A stretch of 64,000 nucleotides of DNA. Source: a virus (Duplodnaviria; Caudoviricetes). The DNA is taken from positions 1 through 64,000 of the IMG/VR virus record IMGVR_UViG_3300013121_000027. One strand, given 5' to 3'. Below are positions 39,048 through 50,702 of this stretch, one piece after another (position 1 is the stretch's first letter; each line of letters opens with the position of its first letter). A program made the translations under genes and the position numbers. The notes under the pieces were generated by a model, which was given only the letters and a program-made list of their open reading frames with translations, was not told where the DNA came from and did no database searches.

Positions 39048-40235
39048 ATGGTACGTACATACGACATCCTTGATTCCGATGGAAATGAGGGTCGTGCGCA
39101 ATATAAAAGTCCCATTAAGAAATATGTTGCATTGGGAGTTGTTGGGGTTTTCCTCTTCATTTCTTTCATTGTAATCCTTGTTGGGGCTTCTCTCAACCGT
39201 GTTTCTGCCAATGAATGGGGTTGTCTGTACGGTGGCGGTCTTTATGAAAGCCACGGTTTGAAGGAAACCATTGCGCCAGGTAAGTCTGGTGGCATGACGA
39301 TTTTCGACACAATGAAAACCGTTCCTTCGGATGATCGGTTTTACTTTATCGATACAGATCCAAATACCGCAGACATTGGCGCAACTCCCATCATTGTCCC
39401 CGCACAGGGCACCTCAGACGAGTCTCAGGGCATTGTGAATGTAAGTGTTGAGGTTCAGGTTCGTTTCGTTATTAACGAGAACGCCTGTCAGCTTTACACT
39501 TCTAAACTCAAGCGTCTTGAACCACTCAACTTTGATACTCCCAGCGGTAAGTCTCCTGGTGGTTGGGGAAGCTTCCTTAATACTCAGTTGAATCAGGCAC
39601 TCATCAAGGCTTCTCGTCCTTTGGTTGCCCCATATAACTACATTCAATTGTATTCCAATAGTCAGATTCAAGTTGACGGTAAGAATACCCTTGTCTATGA
39701 CTTTATGGAAACTGAGTATGCTCAAAAGCTTACTGATGAGTTGAATACCACTCTTGGTGGTACTTTCTTCTGTGGACCCACGTATCGTTATGATGGTCAT
39801 GTTGATGGCGATTTCGATAATGGTTGTCCTCCGATTGAAGTTACCGTTAAGCGTGTTGCCCCAACTGATCCACAGCTGATCACTAACCTTGAGACTACTG
39901 TTAAGAACCAGGAACAGATCAAGGTGATTAAGTCCGAGCAAGAAAAGAAGCTTGCTCAGACTGCCGCAGATCAGGCAACTCAGCTTGCTGAAATCAAGCG
40001 TCAACAAGAAGTTGAAACTGCTCAGGCAGCCAAGGATCTTGTTGTTGCGCAGGCACAGAAGCAACTCTTCCTTGCGCAGAATGAAAATGCTCAAGTGAAG
40101 GCTCTTGCTGAAACTGCATTCTGTACTCAGCTTGCTGAAATTGGCGTAAACTGCGCTGATTATTGGGCATCAATGAATTGGCGCCCAACCACAATTCTTA
40201 GCGATGCAACTGGCGTTAACGTCAATTTGAAGTAG
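39048..40235 (+). CDS. SPFH/Band-7-like membrane protein
   Basis: N-terminal TM helix, SPFH-like core, Ala/Gln-rich coiled coil. Confidence 0.7.
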   Translation: MVRTYDILDSDGNEGRAQYKSPIKKYVALGVVGVFLFISFIVILVGASLNRVSANEWGCLYGGGLYESHGLKETIAPGKSGGMTIFDTMKTVPSDDRFYFIDTDPNTADIGATPIIVPAQGTSDESQGIVNVSVEVQVRFVINENACQLYTSKLKRLEPLNFDTPSGKSPGGWGSFLNTQLNQALIKASRPLVAPYNYIQLYSNSQIQVDGKNTLVYDFMETEYAQKLTDELNTTLGGTFFCGPTYRYDGHVDGDFDNGCPPIEVTVKRVAPTDPQLITNLETTVKNQEQIKVIKSEQEKKLAQTAADQATQLAEIKRQQEVETAQAAKDLVVAQAQKQLFLAQNENAQVKALAETAFCTQLAEIGVNCADYWASMNWRPTTILSDATGVNVNLK

Positions 40236-40245
40236 CTAATGGTTT

Positions 40246-40272
40246 TCCGAGATAACTCAATCGGTTAGAGTA
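40246..40272 (+). pseudogene. 5' fragment of a tRNA (acceptor strand plus D arm)
   Basis: TCCGAGA-TA-ACTC-AATCGGTTA-GAGT-A, then the HNH promoter TGATATAAT. Confidence 0.7.
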
Positions 40273-40290
40273 TTGTGATATAATGTAGAT

Positions 40291-40806
40291 ATGTCATATA
40301 AATACATTAAATCATTTCGCGAACGAAGACGAGTTTTCTTACGGGAATACCTTGGTGGTAAATGTGTCATTTGTGGGGCTACAGAGGAGTTGGAATTCGA
40401 TCATATAAATCCAGATTTAAAATTATTTGATATTTCTAATCATTTACATTTAAATCTTAAAGATCTTTTGATCGAAGTTAATAAATGTCAACTTCTCTGT
40501 AGCCCCCACCACATCGCTAAAAGTATTAGAGATTCTTTAGGAAAGAATTCTTGGAATGCAGGTACTGCTACGCATGGAAAACGTTATACTGCGTATACTT
40601 TAAATTGTAATTGTAATAAATGCGATCAGTTTAAAATAAATCAAAGATCTAAAACTAATCCTTATATTCATTTTGGTGGATCACAAATTATTCACGGAAC
40701 AAGAGGTGGCTATTTGAAAGAGGGGCGGTTAGGATTGGAGAGATGTGAAGCTTGTAAGAAAGCGAATGCAGAGTACCATAATAAATTTCGAGGACGTATA
40801 GTTTAG
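40291..40806 (+). CDS. HNH homing endonuclease (stop codon lies inside tRNA-Ile)
   Basis: CVICG..LEFDHINP...KCQLLCSPHH; two HG...C..C repeats. Confidence 0.88.
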   Translation: MSYKYIKSFRERRRVFLREYLGGKCVICGATEELEFDHINPDLKLFDISNHLHLNLKDLLIEVNKCQLLCSPHHIAKSIRDSLGKNSWNAGTATHGKRYTAYTLNCNCNKCDQFKINQRSKTNPYIHFGGSQIIHGTRGGYLKEGRLGLERCEACKKANAEYHNKFRGRIV

Positions 40807-40866
40807 CTTGGTTAAAACATTATCCTGATAAGATAAAGAGCGGAAGTTCAAATCTTTCTACGTCTA
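40792..40866 (+). tRNA. tRNA-Ile(GAT)
   Basis: ggacgta/tacgtct acceptor, ttatc-ctGATaa-gataa. Confidence 0.88.
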
Positions 40867-41292
40867 CTATGGCAAACGAAAAACAAAAAGAGCTTGCTGC
40901 AAGGGTTCATGCAGCTCATCTTCTTTCTGATATCCCACCTTGGATACATAAACTCTTAGATGATCTATCTCAAGAATTATCTGAAGTTCAACAAGCTTTA
41001 GATTATGAACTTGATGATACCGCCTGGCATATATAAAGGAAAATTAAATGTTTGAAATTATAGTTATTATTGTAGTTGCTCTTATAACTTCTTTGTGTAC
41101 TTCTACCCTTGCAGCTACGGTTTTGAGTGGTATTGATACACCAAGTCCTTGGTATAATAGACTTTATTCTACTATGCCTCGTAGGATTTTATCTACTCTT
41201 TTTGCTCTTCTTTGGCTTCCTTTTGTTTTTCTTTCTTTTTTTAAGCTTATCTTTATTGTACTGTGGGATTTTATAGTTAAAGGAAAATTAGA

Positions 41293-41505
41293 TTGATTTC
41301 ACGAATTGTAAAAGCAGCCTTTTTTATTTTTTCATTTGGTGTCATAGCTACTGCTTGTGGAGATGATATTCAAAGGGACGATAGTTGGGATAGAGAACAA
41401 CTTCAAAAATGTCTCGATGAAGGCAATACCCCTCTTTATACTCAACAATCACATTATAATGATACAGTAACTATTACGTTTATTGCGTGTGATCCTGCTC
41501 CATGA
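41293..41505 (+). CDS. Small lipoprotein (paralogue of 22454)
   Basis: ISRIVKAAFF...ATAC lipobox. Confidence 0.6.
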   Translation: MISRIVKAAFFIFSFGVIATACGDDIQRDDSWDREQLQKCLDEGNTPLYTQQSHYNDTVTITFIACDPAP

Positions 41506-41609
41506 GAACTTATTTGTTATGATTGATTTTGTCATCATAATAGTTCTTGCTATAATTTTTATATATCTAAGTTATTTTGCTGATAGCATAAAAGATAAGG
41601 ATTAATAAT

Positions 41610-42005
41610 ATGAGCCTTTATAATCTTTTGTTTGGCGCCAATCCAGATAGAGAAGCTCTTGTCGCTGTTGTAAATGAAATCCAACCAATTGATGTTGGTC
41701 GTTTTCGTGATGTTTGGGTCGAGAAAAAAGATGGCGAATTAGCCATTGCTATTTATACTCGTAATGGTGGTGGAAATCGCGAAGATTATCAAAACCAAAT
41801 AGAATCCATGCAAGAACATCCCTGGTATGTTTCTGACGCGGATGACTATTTTGATGAAACTTACGCAACTTTTTATTTTCGAATTCCCAAAGATCTAGAT
41901 CCTAAAATACTTGAGAAGCTTTATTCTATGGCTGTAGATCCAGTTGATACGAGTGCTGTATGGCAAGAAGTAATAGAGCAGTTGGAGAAACAAAATGAAG
42001 CTTAA
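41610..42005 (+). CDS. Hypothetical phage protein
   Basis: GRFRD...YTRNGGGNRE...DDYFDETYA. Confidence 0.7.
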   Translation: MSLYNLLFGANPDREALVAVVNEIQPIDVGRFRDVWVEKKDGELAIAIYTRNGGGNREDYQNQIESMQEHPWYVSDADDYFDETYATFYFRIPKDLDPKILEKLYSMAVDPVDTSAVWQEVIEQLEKQNEA

Positions 42006-42265
42006 AACTCGACGTAACGGCAATATAGCTATAATAGCTATATGGGTAGGCTTTTGGGCTTATGTCTTCATTAGGACTCTCTGATGGAAAGAAAACCATT
42101 TATTGAAAAACAAGGTTTTTTGGCGGATTTAATTAATTTTCTTCTTTGCCGTCGCCTTTATAGAGTTCCCAAAAGAACATTAGCTAATGGTGGAAAAGTC
42201 TATAAAAACTATGTCTTTGATGGAGAGATTTGGCGATCCGCCGATGATTTGAAAAAGCACAACAA

Positions 42266-43538
42266 ATGAAATTTAAACCGACTCGTCTTGGTATTATTAT
42301 TCTTTTTCTTTTTTTTCTTTCCATTCTTTTTCTTGCATTTGGATGGAAAGGTGCTGCTCAAATAACTTTTCTTGTTTTATTTTTTATTGTGTTGTCTTTT
42401 AGAGATCCTGTTCTCTATTGTAATCAAACTAAAATTAAACAAGAATTTAAAGTTGAAATTGAACAAAAACCTAGTGAATTTATTCTATTACAAAATTCAC
42501 TAAGAGATGCCCTTGTTGCTGATCCTAATAGTAGGCAAGTTCAAGCTGATCTTATTATGTCAAATTTTGCATTACAACTTACAACATTTGCACCTCAGTG
42601 GAATAAAAAAGATTATGATGTAATGGATGCATACCAATACTATTATAAAACTTTTTTAAAAGATGATTAAAAATGACTGATTTAGAATATGAATTAGAAG
42701 AAATTCGCCAACTTCGCAACTCTTATACTGATCAGCAATTAGACGCCCCAATAGTTGTTAACTACTCTGATGGCACCTCAAGTACTTTATGTACTCTTCG
42801 AGAATCTTTTACTCGTGAGATGGAAAATTTGATTATTGCGGATTATCTTATTGATCAATATCCTAATATTCCTTTTGGTTATGAAATGCCAGAAGATTTA
42901 GCCCAAAAAATTAAACAAGAACTCGAAAAATAAAATTGCTTAAAAAAACAAAAAGCAGTACAATTAGAACTTAAGGTATAATTATGGTATCTATATCTTT
43001 AATTCATCAGTGCTCATTTAAAAAGTGTAAAAATATCGCAATATATAAAATCACTTTAGAAAATGGAAAAGAAGTAGCTCAATCTTGTGAGCTACATAAG
43101 TTTTGGGCTAAAAGATTAGCTAAAGAAATTGAAAATTCGTAAAAAGGATTTTATGACAACTGAAAGAAATTGGGCTGATGAAAGATCTGAAAAAGATGCT
43201 CCTTGTCATTATAATAACGAAGAAGCTCATGCTTGGGTGGCTGGATATAATTCCGCAATAGAAGCATTTAAAAAAGAATTAGTTAACGACTTAGCCAATT
43301 TTATATCTAAACCATGAAATTAGTTAAACATCAAAGATATGAAACACAACGTTCTAAGCCCTGGCATATTATAGATGAAAGTCGCAATAGAACTTTTTGT
43401 GGAGCTTTAATGTATCATGGTAAAAGCTATATTAATTTAGAATACGATATAATTATTGATGAATTACCTCAAGGTCAAATATTTTGTTCTGTTTGTGAAA
43501 AACTACATTTGAAAAAACCATTAACATTACTTGAATAA
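42266..43538 (+). CDS. Small hypothetical ORFs (42266-42670, 42673-42933, 43129-43317, 43314-43538)
   Basis: Packed ORFs; TTGCTT-17-TACAAT promoter at 42936-42964. Confidence 0.55.
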
Positions 43539-43551
43539 AAATAAAAATCTT

Positions 43552-43627
43552 TCCGGCGTAATTCAATTGGCAGAATGTCGCGCTGTTAACGCGAAAGTTA
43601 GGGGTCCGAGTCCTCTCGCCGGAGCCA
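43552..43627 (+). tRNA. tRNA-Asn(GTT)
   Basis: tccggcg/cgccgga acceptor, tcgcg-ctGTTaa-cgcga, encoded CCA. Confidence 0.92.
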
Positions 43628-44113
43628 TTAGTATATTTAGTTTAAAATAGCTATTTATTATATTATACAATACAAATAGAAAGTTATTTTAAATGACTAG
43701 AAATAAAAGATTTTTTTTTGAATCTTATGTTATAAAAAGACGCTATCTTTCAGAATATTATATAAAAAGAACGGAAGAGTATAAATTAAAAAACCTTGAT
43801 ACAAAAAATCTTAAGATTTCTGAAAAACTGTGGTTTGTTAAAACTCACGAAACTCCCAATCAAAATGTAATCAAATTTTGTAGATTAACTTCAGAAGATA
43901 TATTAACTGGCAATGCTTATAATAAGTATTACAATAATGCTAGTGAACAATTTAGTGATTTTAAACCCGATGAATTAAAATGGTTATCTCGTAGATGCTA
44001 TCCTCTTTCTAAATTTATTCTATTATTAAAAGTAAATAATGTAGCTATAACTATTTATACATCTGTAACAATAGCTTTTCTTATAAATCTTTTACTTTAT
44101 AATTAATTATTTT

Positions 44114-44188
44114 CGCCACATAGCTTAAATCTGGTTAAAGCCCCATATTTTTGTTGGGAAGATATAGGTTCGAATCCTATTGTGGCAC
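44114..44188 (+). tRNA. tRNA with a degenerate anticodon arm (identity undetermined)
   Basis: gccaca/tgtggc acceptor, D and T arms intact, anticodon arm irregular. Confidence 0.6.
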
Positions 44189-44189
44189 T

Positions 44190-46003
44190 ATGAAAAATAA
44201 TTTTAATGTGCGACTTTCCCATGTTTGGTATGATGGACCAAATGTAGCAATAGAAGTTTTAGAAGACAATGAATGGATTCCTTATGGAAAAAGTTTATTG
44301 GCGGATTCTATTGATGAATGGGCTAATGAGAATTCTGTAGATATGGAACTTGATCCTGATATTCATACTCCTGGTTTATATTACTTTGATGGTATAGATA
44401 TGGAAAAGGTTGATGAATCAAAAACTTAAAGATGAGTTAGCTTCTGTTATTGATGAGACAACAGCTCCAGATGATTTATTCAATAAGCTCTTAGTATTTA
44501 TTGAATATAATTATGAATTTAAATGTCCGGCGATTATTTATGGTGGTCCCGGACATCAATCAAGACATACTTGTGATCGAAATAATCCACATTCTATTGA
44601 TGATACTCATTATAATGATTATGGATATGAATGGACTGAAACTGCTGTAGTTGAAAATGGAAAATTAATATTTAATCCAAAAAATATGGAATGCTCCAAC
44701 TATTATTGGTGAAGAAAGCACTGAGATAAGAGTATATCGCGGATTTGTATACTATCCAGGCGCAATGGCTGAAATCAAAGAGGATATATGAAACTATGGC
44801 TTTTAACATATGAACATAGTATCGATTATGAAGGTGTCGAGACGAATATAATTGGTATTTTTGATGAAATTGAAAAGGCATTAGAAGCCGCAAAACCAAT
44901 TGAAACATATTTACGTAAAGAATATGAAAATTATTCTACAAATAGAAAATGGTTTGATTGGAACGGAAATGAAGAAACTGGTTATTATCTTCAAATGGTA
45001 TATTTAGTTGGTAATTATTCTGTTTCTATTAGCCCTATTGAATTAAATAAAGCTGAGATACCAAATTATGTCTTCTAATGATCCAGAACTTGCTGAACAA
45101 CTATTAAAGAGGTTATAAATAATGTCTGATATAAAATGTCCTTTTAAAATAGGTGATAAAATACAACATCTTAGTAGTTTGCCTTCACCTCGTGACGTTG
45201 TATTTGTCGGAAAAAAATTCATGGTCGTTAGCTATAAAGATAATGACTTTGATACAATTGTCCACGATATCAGTTATAAACATTGGAAAATTTGGGAACC
45301 TGAATGTCCATTTAAAATAGGTGATACCGTATATCATCGCAATGCTGGCAATTTTGTGGTAAAAAATATTGAACGCCATCCAACCATTAATGCTTGGCTA
45401 ATTAATGGTCACTTATTACATGAAGATGACCCCACAAGTATATATAGATTAACTAAAGTAGATCCGCCAAACCAAAGAACTACTTGGCAATTTGAAACAG
45501 AATATACATATCCTGCTATTGGTGATAGATTTATCTACGGCAAAGAACAGTATATTACTGTAGCAAACAATATGGATGTTAATCATCTACAAGAGGTAAT
45601 TGTACGTGATTCTATTAAAAAAATAGATCCTTATAATTCACAATATCTTAGATGTGGATTTTGCGATCATACATATATATATTCTTTAGTTAATGGTAAA
45701 GCAATAGATTATTGTTATCGTTGTGGATCTAATAATCTATTGGATTTTGATAATAGATTTGTTGGACCTCAGCCAAAATTCTAACCAATGAAAATTATAT
45801 TTGATATCTTATACTATGCTGCACTATGGATATCCCCTGGATTGTTTCTTGTAATCTGGATTAAAGTCCATTTTAAATTGCACAAATCCTCATTTAAACT
45901 TACTGATCGTGAAGTCTTTTTATATTTGTTGCTTGGTCCTATATCTTTCTTTATGATATTAGCCGCAATTACCATTCATCTTTATAAGGAATTTAAACAA
46001 TGA
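44190..46003 (+). CDS. Small hypothetical ORFs (44190-44429, 44410-44712, 44788-45078, 45122-45784, 45788-46003)
   Basis: Packed + strand ORFs; the 45122 protein has repeated CPFKIGD units. Confidence 0.55.
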
Positions 46004-46575
46004 CTCGCCAAATTCAATTAACGAATATTGAAATTCCTATTTTTGAAAAAGCCAAACTTACTAATATTCCATTTTTCCTCGTGCGAGAAAGTGATCCCTG
46101 GTCATCTATTCAACCCGTTCCACCCGCCGAGTTCGTGCAGGCGTGTGCGCCGTGCGAGACGTGCGGGGACGTTCGACGCCGCACCGTCAAGGACATGAGC
46201 GGCATAGAGACCTTCGGCGTGCCCTGCCTCAACTGCCGTATCGAACTGGTGAGTCAGTGCTCATGGTGCTATGAATACGGACTCGTAGCCGACGAATTCA
46301 GACACTGGGGACCACGCGCCCACAATCGACGCACCCTCGGCTACGCCTACGCCGTGGGGTCGCCGCTGGTGATCATCGCTCAGCCATCTGCCGATACGTG
46401 GCCCGCCACAGAGTGCATTGTCGTCATGGGGCAGAGGATCGAGCACTGGAAGCCAACGCACAATCCTTCGGGTGCCATCGTGACGTTCGACATCACCGAC
46501 CACCTCGCCCACTACGGTGATCCTAAACTATTAGTTGGTAAATGGTTGATTAAGTTAAATGTGATGAAAAAATGA
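46000..46575 (+). CDS. Hypothetical mosaic protein with a GC-rich Zn-finger core
   Basis: AT-rich ends, GC-rich 46120-46520, CxxC motifs. Confidence 0.6.
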   Translation: MTRQIQLTNIEIPIFEKAKLTNIPFFLVRESDPWSSIQPVPPAEFVQACAPCETCGDVRRRTVKDMSGIETFGVPCLNCRIELVSQCSWCYEYGLVADEFRHWGPRAHNRRTLGYAYAVGSPLVIIAQPSADTWPATECIVVMGQRIEHWKPTHNPSGAIVTFDITDHLAHYGDPKLLVGKWLIKLNVMKK

Positions 46576-47012
46576 AACGTAGAACTTGTGTAATTTGTGG
46601 AAAAAAATACTTTCCATTTTTTAAATCAATGGGAGTTAGATCATTAGGTAAAAATAAAACCTGTTCTTGGAAATGTGTTAGTTCTTATATGGAACGTAAT
46701 TGTCAGGATACAATCTATGGATAAGATTTCTGATGAGCGAATTGAAAGAATCACCACGCGACATTCTGATGAATGTCATTGTGATGAATTGCATGTTGCT
46801 TTAGCTCGTGAAGTTCAATATTATCGTACTCTTGAAGCTCGTTGCTCTATTGCTGGTTTCTCTTTAGAGGAACTTACAAGCGAAGAAGAAGCGTGTGCAG
46901 CATTTCAAGTTCTTCGCGATTTCGAAGCTCGCTGTAAAAAAATTGGTTTTACATTAGAAGAAGTTATATTGCGATTTGAACAAAATAGCTATGATACTCC
47001 GAAAGAAGAAAA

Positions 47013-47438
47013 ATGAGTACTGCAAAAGATATTATTTCTCAATTTTATAAGAATAAGTTTCCAACATACAAAGATTTAATTAAAAGTGTTGTTAATGGTG
47101 ATCTTTCACAACCATATCTTCGATATGCATTAATTAAAGACTATAAAACTTGGGCTGTTAAAATCGGTGACATGGAAGTCGTATTCCTTAATGATCGCTC
47201 TGCACATTGGTATATAGATTATTTCCGTCAAATTAAACTTAATCCATGGCGTCTTAAGCGTGCTCTAAGAAAAAGAGGAGTTTCTCTTGATGTAATTCCC
47301 ATAAATCCATATCAAGAGTATGTGGATGAACTTATTGGTCAATATAAACAAGAAGCTTTAGATCGTTTTGAAAAAATGTATGTAAAGTATAAATCACACG
47401 TAGAAAAGCCTGTATATCATGATAAAGAACTTTTTTAA
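47013..47438 (+). CDS. Hypothetical protein
   Basis: Overlaps the neighbouring ORFs. Confidence 0.6.
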   Translation: MSTAKDIISQFYKNKFPTYKDLIKSVVNGDLSQPYLRYALIKDYKTWAVKIGDMEVVFLNDRSAHWYIDYFRQIKLNPWRLKRALRKRGVSLDVIPINPYQEYVDELIGQYKQEALDRFEKMYVKYKSHVEKPVYHDKELF

Positions 47439-47656
47439 AAAAATTTGTAGAGAATGGGCTGATATCTGGGATGACGATTGGATTGTTGGCATAATCGTAG
47501 TTTTTTTAACTTTGATTATTTTAGGTATGTCTGGAACTCTGCTTTATGCAATAATACTTCTTTGTGTATTAAACCCCATACCATTTGGTATTGTCCTTCT
47601 TGGTTTTACTTTTATAATTGGACTTTTGTGGATTATGTATAAAATAGGAAAGACGA

Positions 47657-47911
47657 ATGACTGATCTTTCTCTTGATAAAGAACTTGACATTACTCTTGA
47701 TACTGAGGAGCCTAAAGCCGCCCATATTGTAGATAGAGGTGAAGATACTCGTTCCGCCCCTACTATTATTCTTGAAGCTATGATTAACGGTACCTCTATT
47801 ACCGCCTTGTGTGGTCATACGTGGGTTCCAAGCCGTGATCCTAACAAGTATCCTGTCTGTTCTAAATGTCTTGAGATATTTGAATTTGTGAAAGATTATA
47901 GGGGCGTTTAA
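47657..47911 (+). CDS. DUF3039 family protein (actinobacterial)
   Basis: ALCGHTWVPSRDPNKYPVCSKCLEIF. Confidence 0.85.
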   Translation: MTDLSLDKELDITLDTEEPKAAHIVDRGEDTRSAPTIILEAMINGTSITALCGHTWVPSRDPNKYPVCSKCLEIFEFVKDYRGV

Positions 47912-47920
47912 AAAAACAAA

Positions 47921-47993
47921 GGGCGCATAACTCAGCTGGCAGAGTGCTTCTTTTACAAGGAAGTGGTCGGGAGTTCAAGTCTCTCTGCGCCCA
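47921..47993 (+). tRNA. tRNA-Val(TAC)
   Basis: gggcgca/tgcgccc acceptor, cttct-ttTACaa-ggaag. Confidence 0.92.
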
Positions 47994-47997
47994 CCTT

Positions 47998-48071
47998 GGT
48001 AGTCATAGTGTTAGCGGTTAGCACGTCAGTTTGTGGCACTGAAAGCATGGATTCGAATTCCATTGATTACC
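47998..48071 (+). tRNA. tRNA-His(GTG)
   Basis: G-1:C73 pair, tcagt-ttGTGgc-actga. Confidence 0.9.
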
Positions 48072-48324
48072 CAAAGTATGAAGAAGTATATTAAAAGAAA
48101 TAACATAAGATTTCCTTATCATATCCTTAAAGATATAACAAATGGAACTCCTATTATATGGAATTCTTATTGTAAGGCTTTTCAAGGTTATGAATGGATT
48201 GGTTCTACTTATGGTCCATATAAAGATTTTACTGAATATGATGATATAAATAAAATTCCATCAAAAGATTTTGTTTGTCGAAATTGCATTAGGGCTTATG
48301 AAAAAGCTAATCCATAATTTAAAT

Positions 48325-48407
48325 GGAGACTTCGCCTAATTGGTATGGCAGCACTTTGCTAAAGTGCCGGGGTAACACCTGTGCAAGTTCGATCCTTGCA
48401 GTCTCCG
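48325..48407 (+). tRNA. tRNA-Ser(GCT)
   Basis: ggagact/agtctcc acceptor, ttGCTaa loop, long variable arm, G73. Confidence 0.92.
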
Positions 48408-48429
48408 CTATAGAGAAAAGAGAATATCA

Positions 48430-49765
48430 ATGTCTGATGAACAAAATGGGAAGCCCCCTTCTTTAAAGGACGCTTTACAACAGCAAGTTAATACCGTTAA
48501 AACCCAAACTTCCTCTATTATAGCAAGTAATGATCTAATAACCAGTTTTTGGGGTCCAGTAGCCGGAACCCTACTTACAGCTAAAGTTCCTTCCGACAAT
48601 ACTGTTTATATTGAATCTTCTCCATCTTACCACACTGTATCCCCCTATACTCAATCTACTATAATAAAATGCCCTATTTGTGAAGCTGACTCTAAACTAA
48701 TTGAAAATTGTAAGTTTTGTGGTGGGCGAGGAAGTTTGGGTATTGATATTCTTAGAAGTTTTGTAAAACAAGTTTTTGAGATTGAGGATATTAAGGGTGA
48801 AAGTGGATTTTCTCAAGGTGTGAATTCAATTTTGAGTGCTATACGCAAGCTACCGCAATTGATTGCTGAAAAACGAGCCTTAGCAAAAGTCACTCAATAC
48901 ACAAATAACCATTCAGGCGATCACTCACATACACCTAAGCCAATGGGATCTATATTTCCTCCTAAAATTTCTTCTAAATTGATTAAATATAATAAGCCTT
49001 CTTCTTTTATTGACGAAGCAAATCTTTATTAATATGAAATCTATTCAAGAAACATTAAATGCTTTTAGTATTGGTACAATCACTTTCACTAATAGGTGTA
49101 TGAATATACCTATTTTTTTAGATGGAAAGCCATTTAATCATAGTTATTCTCTTCAATACCTTCTTCGTCAAAGTGAAACTCCACAAATATTAGAATTTCC
49201 AAAAGGATTTCCTATCGATCAGTTTAGGTCCTTTTTATTTCCTTCTTTACAACCAATTTGTAATGTCCTAAAAAGTAAGACTTCATCTGTACGATGCTCA
49301 CAACCTCTTGGGCATAGCACTATAATCCATACACATTGTAAAGGTTATGAGTATACTGAAGGTCATCTTCTGTTTGAAGTGATTGGTGAAAATAGACGTT
49401 ACTTTTGTTTAGAAGATGAGTTCTTTCAAAATAAGCTATTTTACGACTATCATTTTCATAAGTTTTCTAATTTTCAATTATATACATCTCTATTTAATTC
49501 TCAAATCAATACAATTCTTCAAGCTTATCCACTGACTGCATTAACTAAACAAAATGTCTTTGATTATTATTTAATTTATTGTTTAACATATCATGCATTT
49601 GATCCTTCTTTTTTAAATGTTAAGATCATATATAATTTAATCCCATTTATACAAGATCGTAACTCTCCAGATCCTATTAAAATGAGCGATGATTGTATTA
49701 AAGCTTGTGAAAATGAAATCTTTTTTAAAAATAATAAAGAATATATAAAGGATTATTTACCATGA
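48430..49765 (+). CDS. Two hypothetical proteins (48430-49032 with a CxxC..CxxCGG Zn finger; ~49010-49765)
   Basis: ORF track. Confidence 0.55.
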
Positions 49766-49938
49766 AGCGCAAAATAGGTTTTGTTCTTACTGCACTTGGT
49801 GCAACCTCTGGTCTTGCTTCTATTTGGTGGTGGGCTACTGGAACCATGACAGAAAAACAAGGTGTTGCTGCTGCTGTTACAACTGGTGTATTGTTATTAT
49901 CTGGTGGATTGATTTTCGAATAGAAAATAAAGATACAT

Positions 49939-50028
49939 GGGGGCGTGGCGAAGCTGGCTGAAACGCAGCAGACTTAAAATCTGCTACCCACGAGGTAAAC
50001 ACCGCGGGTTCGATCCCCGCCGCCCCTA
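49939..50028 (+). tRNA. tRNA-Leu(TAA)
   Basis: gggggcg/cgcccct acceptor, gcaga-ctTAAaa-tctgc, long variable arm. Confidence 0.92.
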
Positions 50029-50084
50029 CAATTAAGATAAAAATCCCTTTTAACTATATTGTTACCATTTAAAGGTAGTGTAAA

Positions 50085-50702
50085 ATGACTTCTGAAAAAG
50101 CTGCTCAATCATATATAGATCACCATCCAGAGGCAGAGCAATATCGCGATAAGCTTGCGGATTTCTTTAATCATTTTGAAGGACCAAAAGTAATTGAATG
50201 TGGTATAGGATGGCTTCCGACCATTCTTTTAGCTCATGAAGCCCTTAAGCTTATTACTCCTGATTACAAGATATCTCAAATTAAAGAGAAATTTGGCGGC
50301 TTAAGATATTACGCTGGTGGTGGATTTCCTTGGGACACTCCACAAGGCTATGCTTTCGAATCTATTCTTGGAAATGCCGAAAGAGAAGCTTCTACTATCT
50401 GTGAGAATTGTGGAGAAAAAGGTTATGGTCCTAACTTCTTTTACGTAAAAATACGCACTTTCTCTGGTTGGCATCATACTTACTGTGATCCTTGCGAAGT
50501 TGAATATATTCAAAAGCGTTATGGCAAAAAATGTGAAACTGATGAAAAAGTTAAACAGTATTTTGATTCTGTTAAAGCTGAAGTTGAACGTATGAAGCAA
50601 TTTCATATTGAATCTGCTGAACGAGCCAAAAAATATGAAGAAGAGAATCAAGCTAAAATAGCTGAACGAGAAGCAAAGAAAAATGCAGCGAATTCTGACT
50701 GA
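50085..50702 (+). CDS. Conserved phage hypothetical protein
   Basis: ECGIGW...QIKEKFGGLRYY...CENCG. Confidence 0.75.
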   Translation: MTSEKAAQSYIDHHPEAEQYRDKLADFFNHFEGPKVIECGIGWLPTILLAHEALKLITPDYKISQIKEKFGGLRYYAGGGFPWDTPQGYAFESILGNAEREASTICENCGEKGYGPNFFYVKIRTFSGWHHTYCDPCEVEYIQKRYGKKCETDEKVKQYFDSVKAEVERMKQFHIESAERAKKYEEENQAKIAEREAKKNAANSD

